DNA of 64,000 nt from Octopus vulgaris (Eukaryota), in NCBI GenBank assembly GCA_951406725.2, contig OX597814.1, positions 154,752,001-154,816,000 of the forward strand, given 5' to 3'. How positions within the stretch are numbered: position 1 is the first letter of the stretch; each line of letters starts with the position of its first letter. Under the pieces are notes generated by a model. The model did no database searches. It saw only the letters and a list, made by a program, of their open reading frames with translations, and had not been told where the DNA came from. Shown in pieces: positions 55,020 to 64,000 of this stretch. A program made the translations under genes and the position numbers.

Positions 55020-55357
55020 TAATAGTTACGAATATAAAATTCCAAACTTACAGGGAAAAATTCCATTTAGCAATTCTAAATCAAATTTCACAATATATAA
55101 TATATATATTTATATAATTAAGAGAAATAACCTGTATTAAGTAATTCAATTGATAGTGAAAGATATTATCTATATTAAATCATATAGTAAAAAATTTAAA
55201 TATATTATAATAAATATTATTGTAATATCTTTTTTTCTTGGTCTGACTGCCGACCGTCAACACCTCTCATGTCCATCACCTATGTTCCTGCCGTTAGGCT
55301 TTCACTTCATACACGCCAGGTAAATCTGATTCATTCTCAGTCGAAAGACATAATTGT

Positions 55358-55450
55358 GTACCATGGCGTAGTGGTTAAGAGCACGGGCTACTAACCTCCA
55401 AATCTCGAATTCTATTCCAAGCAGTCACCTGAATAATAATGATGATGATG

Positions 55451-55531
<81 letters not shown>

Positions 55532-55718
55532 GCAATAATAACAATAATAATAATAATAATAACAACATCGAAAAATACCTTAGGAATGTGAACCCAGGTT
55601 CGAAATATCCCTAAGACACCTGATGAAGGCTGGAGGGTATATCAGCCGAAACGTTGTGTTAACAACAAACAAGATGAAAATAATGTACATAATTCCTCAT
55701 CTCTTAAATATAGAACTG
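55358..55718 (+). mobile_element. tRNA-headed SINE-like element: head, (AAT)n and hammerhead-containing tail
   Basis: A box TGGCGTAGTGG (55364-74), degenerate B box at about 55407-18, (AAT)n at about 55432-55560, hammerhead-like motif at 55615-55660. Confidence 0.7.
55615..55660 (+). ncRNA. Minimal type-I hammerhead-ribozyme-like motif, canonical CUGAUGA core
   Basis: GACAC-CUGAUGA-A-GGCUG(10 nt)CAGCC-GAAAC-GUU-GUGUU: 5-bp helix I, 5-bp helix II. Confidence 0.72.
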
Positions 55719-55817
55719 TGTTCATTTTAGGTTTCTAAATAAACAGAAATACCTAATTTCATTGTAAGTTTCTAAATAAACAGTAATACCTAATAAAATC
55801 AACACGTATCAGCTTAC

Positions 55818-55850
55818 TGTTTCTTTTGTTTCTTCATTGATTGTATTCAT
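55818..55850 (-). CDS. Candidate short first coding exon (MNTINEETKET), unverified
   Basis: ATG plus 10 codons followed by a GTAAGC donor, about 400 bp downstream of an X-box/CCAAT cluster in unique sequence. No homology recognised. Confidence 0.2.
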
Positions 55851-56238
55851 TTTTCATCATTTAAAATAAATTGTTATATTAATATATTTGTCTGCATGTT
55901 TACTTTATGCGTATTTCAGTATTATATACTGAAATACAACCCTACTCCTAATCTAAATTTTTATGGATAGAATTAACCTAGTGAAATCATAAATCCAGCT
56001 GAGTCAATGAGTCCCCCAAAATATATGAAATAAAAAATATGTAAAAATACTAACACAGAAAAAGCATAGAAAATACTAACACACAGAAGCACAGAAAAAT
56101 ATATAATATACTGACATACAGAAAACTTAAAACAAAACACGCGGATACAAAGAATCTCGTGGTGTAGAGCATCAAGTGTGAAAAAATCAACATAGACAAC
56201 AGCGGCACAGACAACAGTGAACCACAACACAGCGTGCG

Positions 56239-56284
56239 GTTGTCATGGTAACAAGCTGCTAATGCCACGCTATCTGTTGATTGG
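56239..56284. promoter_or_regulatory. RFX X-box-like motif plus CCAAT box
   Basis: GTTGTCATGGTAAC (56239-56252) and ATTGG (56280-56284) in non-repetitive sequence. Confidence 0.45.
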
Positions 56285-56869
56285 CTAAAATTACCCAAAT
56301 TTCCCAACTTTAATTCCAAGTAACATACGATTCTTTAATTTACAAGATAAAGTAATCGGTTGATCATAATAAAAATTCAAAGTTGCATCGATACACCAAA
56401 ATTGAAAGCAATCTGCACAGAATTAAGGGAGGCTCATCTTGCGAATGAGGCAGGCTAGATCCCAAACACGCATACAGACACATACTCAAACTCACACACA
56501 ACCACACACACAAACAAACAAATACACACACACACACACTCACATTTTCACACAAAGAGAATGTTAAAGAATGCTCAAGTGAGCGTTATTATTATCGAAG
56601 CCAATACAAATGTTTTATAGCAACAATATTAACATAGTGAATGCGGGCCTGAATCAGCATTATATAGCTATAGAATTAAAATCACATTATTCAAAGGACG
56701 CGTGTCTACCCGCTAGAAATAAGAGTTAAACTCCTCATTTGGACCACCAAAAAACATTAACAGTAAAAGTAACAGTTTCAACAGTATACGGGCGAGCGAA
56801 CCGAAAATAATCTTTCACATACCTATATAATATAAAGCTATATATTCAACGGAGCAGGTATATATGTTG

Positions 56870-57000
56870 ACCGGTTTTGCCGAACCGCTAAGTTACGGGT
56901 ACATAAACACACTAACATCGGTTGTCAAGACTTGGTGGAGGGACAAACACAGACACACACACAAATATATATATATATATATACACATACGCACAAATAG

Positions 57001-57080
<80 letters not shown>

Positions 57081-57229
57081 ACGGGCTTCTTTCATTTTCC
57101 ATCTACCAAATCCACTCACAAGGCTTTGGTCGGCCCAAGCCTTCAGTAGAAGACACTCGGCTAAGGTTCCACGCTGTGGGACTGAACCCGGAACCATGTA
57201 GTCGGGAAGAAAGCTTCTTACCACACAGC
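56870..57229 (-). mobile_element. SINE family B
   Basis: Matches 5160-5488, with an expanded internal microsatellite. Confidence 0.88.
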
Positions 57230-57640
57230 CTCAGGAAATGTTTTGAATATGCAAATGAAGCTCTTATTCCATTATGCCGGCCACAGTCTATTTTTATCCT
57301 ACAGCTCAATGCAGCTCCCAAAACTGGTTTACCGGTCAGCATCATTATACTTACTGATGAACCATTTTTGGGAGCTGCATCGTGCTGTAGTATAAATATA
57401 GTAATAATAACAATAATCCTTGGATAGAATTTATAAACATGTAATGCATCGCTACGCACGTTTCCACAAATCACATGTGTCTTAAGATCACAGTCCGTAT
57501 TCCTGGGATTATTACAGCGTAGTCCGTAGTATCCGTGGACATCTGGTAGATCATCTTCATGGGTTCATTTCTGCAGGCGATATAACATTAAAGGATGTTT
57601 AACTGAGGATTGTTTATCTCTTTTGACTTGTGTATACATT

Positions 57641-58091
57641 GGCGCCAGCATGGTTGTGTGATAAGAAATTTACTTTCTAACCTCATGGTTCTGCGTTCAG
57701 TCCTACTGCGTGGCATCTTGGGGAGCTGTTCATCTACTACAGCACAATAGCCCCGGAATTTGCGAGTGGACTTTTGTAGACAGAAACTGCAAGAATCCCG
57801 TCGTATGTGTGTCAATGTGTGTTTATATATGTATATAGATACACATAGATATGGCTATATGTATGTATGTGTATATATATAGCTCTATGTGCGTGTATGT
57901 ATGTGTGTGTGCGTGTGTTTGCCACCTCAACCATTGCATTAGTTGTTTAGTCTCTGTAACTTAGCGGTTCAACAAAAAATTCGATGGACTAAGTGCCTGA
58001 CGCCAATGAATAGAAAGAGGGTTCGATTCGTTTGATTAAACTCCTTCACTTCAGTGCCCTACTATGGCCGCAGTCCAATAACTGAAACAAG
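57641..58091 (+). mobile_element. SINE family B, older divergent copy
   Basis: catggttctgcgttcagtcctactgcgtggca..gtaacttagcggttc..tggccgcagtc.aat.actgaaacaag. Confidence 0.8.
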
Positions 58092-58443
58092 ATTTAATGG
58101 GTCATTAGTAAAGAATGCGCGGCGTTTTGAGGCCTTCCACTCGACGGCATTAATACGCACCGATTCCGTCACTGCTACTGTCATTTGACTGCGGCCATGC
58201 TGGGACACTGCCTTCAAGTACTTATCTATATATATTTATATTTCTATGTAAGTGTGTGTGTGTGTGTGTGTGTATGCGTGCGTCTGTGCGTCTCCAGGGA
58301 CACATACTAAGGAATTCATAGTTCCTAGTCTCACCACGAAACATCAACCTCTACACTTCACACACCTTCCGATTGCGCTAACTTACACATACAAAGGCGG
58401 TGCTCCAACATAGCCGCAATTAAATGACTGAAACAAAGAGTAA

Positions 58444-58651
58444 GGCGAGCTGGCAGAAACGTTAACACGCCGGGCGAAATGCTAATCGGTATTTCGTCGG
58501 TTCTGAGTTCAAATTCCGCCGAGGTCGACTTTGCTTTTCATCCTTTCGGGGTCGATAAATTAAGTACCAGTTACGCACTGGAGTCGATGTAATCGACTTA
58601 ATCCCTTTGTCTGTCCTTGTTTGTCCCCTCTATGTGGGCAATAAAGAAATA
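58444..58651 (+). mobile_element. SINE family A monomer
   Basis: Family consensus with two small deletions. Confidence 0.9.
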
Positions 58652-59183
58652 TGAAACAAATAAAAGAGTAAAAAATACACAAAAAAGAAAAGAAAGCAAA
58701 AACGTAAATTCCATTAAAGGACATTGGCACTGTCTCAATCTCAAAGAATTTTCCTCTCACTAACCCGCTTTCGTGATGAACAAGTATAAGAAAATTAATG
58801 CACCACTGAGCTTCATTTCCACAACCAAACGTCAATTACCGCGAGAGTCATAAACTAGCTAACTAACTCACAAATTAAACCTATCAACATTTACGTTTTC
58901 TAATCACATAAACAGAAATCTTTACATAAGAAAAAGAACGAGAATAAGAATAAAATCAAACAACGGAAATATGTAGTTTATATTAGCATACAGCTAGAAG
59001 GAAGGAAACTAATTTTAAATCTCTTTCGTTTCGGACAGTTCTAATAGATTGTGATGTGAGTATCTTCCATCTTAGTGTTCGAGTATTCCCTGTCTCATTG
59101 TCACTCAAATTCTTTAACTACCTTCCTCTTTTTTCATGTCCACTATATTTACAAGTATACACACATAGAATCACACACATATG

Positions 59184-59241
<58 letters not shown>

Positions 59242-59575
59242 AATTTGAGGAAGCAATATCCCCGGAAGGGATTGTTAAAAACAATTAAGCTGCCAAATAT
59301 ACTATCCGAAAACATACCTTTCCTGATGATATCCGACAATATATCGTTTATTGCATCTATAAAAGTAACAATTATTAATGATTCAAACATACTGTCAGAT
59401 TGAAACATATGTAGAATTTTTGGGGGATATTTTGGGGTTGCTTTGTTGATGCGGTTCCTTTTATACTTGTTCTTATAGAGATATCTTTTAATCGTTTAAT
59501 TCGTATTACTTTTCCATTGTGATAAAATGACCCAAGCATCTATTATATATTTTTTCTTCTACATTTTTTATTGAC

Positions 59576-59643
<68 letters not shown>

Positions 59644-60124
59644 GTGTGTGTGTGTGTGTGTGTGGCGTGTGAGTGTATACACACAGACAGACATACATAT
59701 ATACATAATGCATATATATATATATACAATCAAAACTCCCCCCGTCCAATGGACGGTGCTGAGTTGTCAAACATTTAAATCAAATTTTCTCAAAACAACT
59801 TGTCCGACCGTCCCATAGGTCACCCCTTCGAGAAACACTGATTTAACATAAATTTGAGACATCAGCAAAAGAAGAAATAAAGACTTTTTTCTATTCCAAA
59901 GAAAAACGATTTTATTCACACAAACATGCAACCGAAGAATTTAAAATTCAGTAATGATAGGGCTGTTCACTGGGAGAACACAAACATGGTGTAAATAGTA
60001 AGCTTGGCAGGAAAGAAACGTGCCTTTAAGCAGTACGAAAACTAAAAAAAAATGAAAGGTGCAGTTATGTACAGGTTGACGGAAGAAAAGCAGGACAAAA
60101 ACGGCTTTATCGATCGCATTCTCA

Positions 60125-60276
60125 CCTGGAATCAATTTTTGTAATTTTTTCAAGACTTATACACGCCCTGATACCGTCGGTATCTACATATTAAATTTGA
60201 ACGCAATCGGATGGAGGATGCTCGAGATCCTAGAAGACACACACACAGACAGACAGAACGGATTTTATATAATAGA
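60125..60276 (-). mobile_element. Helitron-like 5' terminal fragment
   Basis: Minus strand begins A|TCTATTATATAAAA then (CTGT)n. aaatttgaacgcaatcgg parallels the motif at about 15590. Other boundary unknown. Confidence 0.55.
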
Positions 60277-61264
60277 TATTCACACATATAGATATGCATA
60301 CACACATACACATATCTGAAAATGATATATATATATATCTACACAAATATACATGTATCTATACATCAATACTAATACCTAGAGAAAACACATATATGCT
60401 GTTGGTAGGGCAGAACTCCATTTCTGAATGCAGGATCCAATTTCTCAGCGGATACCGAAAGACCTCTAAAAGTGTTTTTGATCACTTCTGACATAACACC
60501 AGAGTTACACGGGACCAGTCACCGATGTAGACGACGGAACTTCTTCACAACAGCATGAGATTATTGAGTAAACTGTTATCGCTATCAACTTCAACACTCA
60601 GAGGTACCGGCAAAAGATAACTTCAAATCCTTCGTAGGAGTAAATATAACCGGAGATATGAATCTTAAGTCATTGCTTGATTATCATTCTTACACTCCCA
60701 AAACAATGAAAACCGTTTCCAAATCTCGTTTGCCTGTTATATAACAAGTACTTGGATTGCACACTAATTTTTCTTTTTTTTTTTATTGAATAGAAAGCAA
60801 GGCGAAAATAATTCAAGCAACATCTCTGATGTTCAATCAAATGTTACTATGAAAAGAATTATTTCAAACCCAAGGCACTTCTGATATTGGCCGACCCCGA
60901 GTCATTCTTCAAATCTCGATTCACTGCAAACGTAACGAACTTTACAAGTTTTTAATTACATCAAAAACAACTTCGATACTGCAGTTTATAGATTAGGGAG
61001 TTATTTTTGTTTCTAAGGTATATTATCTTAAAAGAACAGTGAGTCAGTTGATTACAGTGAACGGTGATATATATCACTCCATCAAAGAATTCTGGAAAAG
61101 TTACAACATTATGCAAGCAATTAAAAAACATTAAAGTCGCCCTGGGGGAAGGTAAATACACGTGTCAATTGGGTTTAGAACATCTTGTGTCCTGAGGAAG
61201 ACTATAGGGTAGAGGTTGAAACAGTCTCAAACAGCAATAGCCTTGTATAAAAGACGAAATTTCT

Positions 61265-61901
61265 CTAACTGGAGAAATGACAGATGGTTATGCCGGTGTG
61301 CAGATCCATCTTATATCCCCAGAGTGATGTACACTAAGTTACCAGGAACTGCGATGGTTTGAGAAGTTGTAAATAACGAAAGTCATATCATATCACCTCA
61401 CATCTCTCCATAGGGTCTTAGAGTTAATGCTGATGGATACTTCCAGGTGCGGAAAACAGTTGTTAAGCCCGATGAATAGATTACACCGTGGAAGGTCAAG
61501 ACTCGGCACTTTGTCACGAAGCACCCGTCACTAAAAAATGGATATCAGGCAACCTTTACGATCATTTAGCTTGTGACCTCCAAACTCACCAGATTTAAAT
61601 GCTAGTGTCTACTATCTTCAGAGGGTTGTTGAAAGGAAAATTATCAACATCCACACAATGTCACAGTTTCACTAGAGACCACCATTGTCCGGTGATGCTT
61701 GAAATGGCTATGGAACATTTAGCGCAGGCATGTCTACGATTCCGATCCCGCAGTAAAGCAGTCATCGAAGCTGCAGACAGATTCATAGAATATTTTTATG
61801 AGAAATCTTATCCAGAACATCTGCACAATTTTTGTTTTAATTAAAAATACATTTTTTTTGCTACATTAGAGCATGTCCTCAAGTACCTCTCAGATCCCGT
61901 G

Positions 61902-61903
<2 letters not shown>
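61265..61903 (+). pseudogene. Decayed maT/DD37D-like Tc1/mariner transposase, 3' half
   Basis: RNDRWLC..DPSYIPRVMYTKLPGTAMV..GLRVNA..QDSALCH..PPNSPDLN..ACLRFRSRSKAVIEAADRFIE, ending CCCGTG-TA. Confidence 0.85.
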
Positions 61904-61952
<49 letters not shown>

Positions 61953-63033
61953 TTGTTTGTATGCATATGTATATTATATATAAGTATACACACACAAACA
62001 CATACACACATACACAAATAGACACACACTCACACACACACACATACGCATATATATATACTCACATACATATCTGTGCAAATAAATATTTTAATATTTT
62101 ATTGAAGATCGTTGACCGGGCGCAAACGGAATGTTTTTATATTAAAGCTTAGTGAGAACTTTATATCATTTACACTCAAGCTTACTTCTCAAATTGCAGG
62201 GGGAAACGTAACTAATCCATGCAATGTAGGTATTTTTTTGCATGTAGCATTTCTACATGAAAAGTATGGGGCCACAGCAATTCGAACTGGCTAAATAGCA
62301 GATATGTTAAATTAAGCAGAAATTGCCACATTTAAAGTTTGGTGTTAGCGATGCATACATTTAAGTTTTTGTGGTAGAATATTAATTTTTGTAGACATGT
62401 GCATGATTGTGATTTATAATATTTTGAACACAATAGATTTTATATAAATAGAGAAAAATATATATAAGATATAGAATAATAACACAAAAAAAAGGAAAAA
62501 AAAAGAATTAAATCAAATTATCCAGAACAAAACCCAGTCTGGAAATTTGATATTAGAAATAAGTTTAAAATATGGCGAATCTGTCACTTCTTAACTCCGC
62601 ATTTCCGTTTCCAGTTGCAAGCTGTTTTAATTTATAATACGATTAACAGCCTAATTAGTTGCTGTTTGCAAAATTCAAACTTCACGTGTACTGTTTGTTC
62701 ATAATGGAAATCATACATTAATTTCCCGCTGTGGTTTTATATTAATTTTCCTCATTATATTAATGTCGTTATTATCTTGCTACATGGTCTGGCTAATGCC
62801 TTGGTGTAGAGCCGGAGTCCCACCGGGTCGATTCCGTGTTCGAGTCTTTATTCATGACTGTTATTATTAAACTTCAATTTGCTTACGTCTCTCTAACGCT
62901 CTCCCGAAAGGCATGTACAACTAATCTGCCGCATTTCGCATTCATATGACTATTAATTTTAACTGAATATTAGTAACTAGTGTAGTACCTGTCAAAAATG
63001 GCGGGGTTTATTTGTCAAAGGAATGAATTGTGC

Positions 63034-63183
63034 TTCCGCCGAGGTCGACTTCGCCTTTCATCCTTTCGGGGTCGATAAATTAAGTACCAGTTACGCACTG
63101 GGGTCAATGTAATCGACTTAATACCTATGTCTGTCCTTGTTTGTCCCCTCTATGTTTAGCCCCTTGTGGATAATAAAGAAATA
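63034..63183 (+). mobile_element. SINE family A, 5'-truncated
   Basis: ttccgccgaggtcgact..aaagaaata. Confidence 0.9.
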
Positions 63184-63509
63184 ACTATAATGTATGTCAG
63201 AGAATGAGATAGGGATAGTACCATTGGTTTATATAAAGTGCGATAAAGACAGATCTAAGCTGATTTTTGAAGAATTTGTCTGACAAATCTATAGTTTTCT
63301 ATCGAGCGTTGTATCTCACCGTTCTGTTATGGACCGCTGATCCTCTGTGCCCATGCTTAAAACCAATCCCTGAAGAATTACTTGGATGAAAGACAAATTT
63401 CTGATTGGGTAGCACGCCATTCTATCACAAGTGACTTTTACCACGAGAAAAATAAAACGCGGCATTAATAACCAATAAGTTGTTTGTCATTTTATAATGC
63501 AACCACAGT

Positions 63510-63594
<85 letters not shown>

Positions 63595-63650
63595 TGAGAG
63601 AAAACATAGCTGCCAATGTGTAAATAGAAGGTTGCACACTGAGTACTTTA

Positions 63651-63736
<86 letters not shown>

Positions 63737-64000
63737 TTGCGTGTGTGTATGTGTGTGTCTGTGTCCGTTTAACTATCTGTCTACCTATAGATTGATCGAT
63801 CGGTCAATGTATCACATTCATATACTCCGTCATTATCTTACCTTTTTATTCGTTCACTGTCTCCCTCCTATTTTCTTTCTACGCCTATTTGTCTGTCTAT
63901 CTGCCTGTCTGCCTGCCTATCTGTCTGCCAGTCCTAATATATCTTACATATTGAAGTTTATCTTGTTAGCTGCTATTGTGGGAGTAAGTAATTGGTAATC

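Noticed and set aside
62976-63007. Helitron-like CTAG with decayed hairpin
   Set aside because: The hairpin is imperfect and no element body can be traced.

Overview
AT-rich, microsatellite-saturated eukaryotic DNA, intergenic or intronic. The SINE families and repeat load suggest an octopus or other coleoid cephalopod, but that assignment is an inference. No intact protein-coding gene can be supported, and almost all ORFs in the track are translations of simple repeats. The window contains three recurrent tRNA-headed SINE families (called A, B and C here). It also holds decayed Tc1/mariner, maT-like, Tigger-, hAT- and piggyBac-type elements and MITEs, non-autonomous Helitron-like pieces, an APE-type LINE relic, and an RLE-type (R4/Dong-like) LINE embedded in a (CATA)n tract. 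The most notable hidden structure is a set of about 10 minimal type-I hammerhead-ribozyme-like motifs in short Penelope-like repeats. One pair sits in an inverted repeat, and one forms the tail of a tRNA-headed SINE-like element. A candidate RFX/CCAAT promoter with a possible short first coding exon lies at about 55.8-56.3 kb on the minus strand. All calls were made by eye, and boundaries of decayed elements are approximate.
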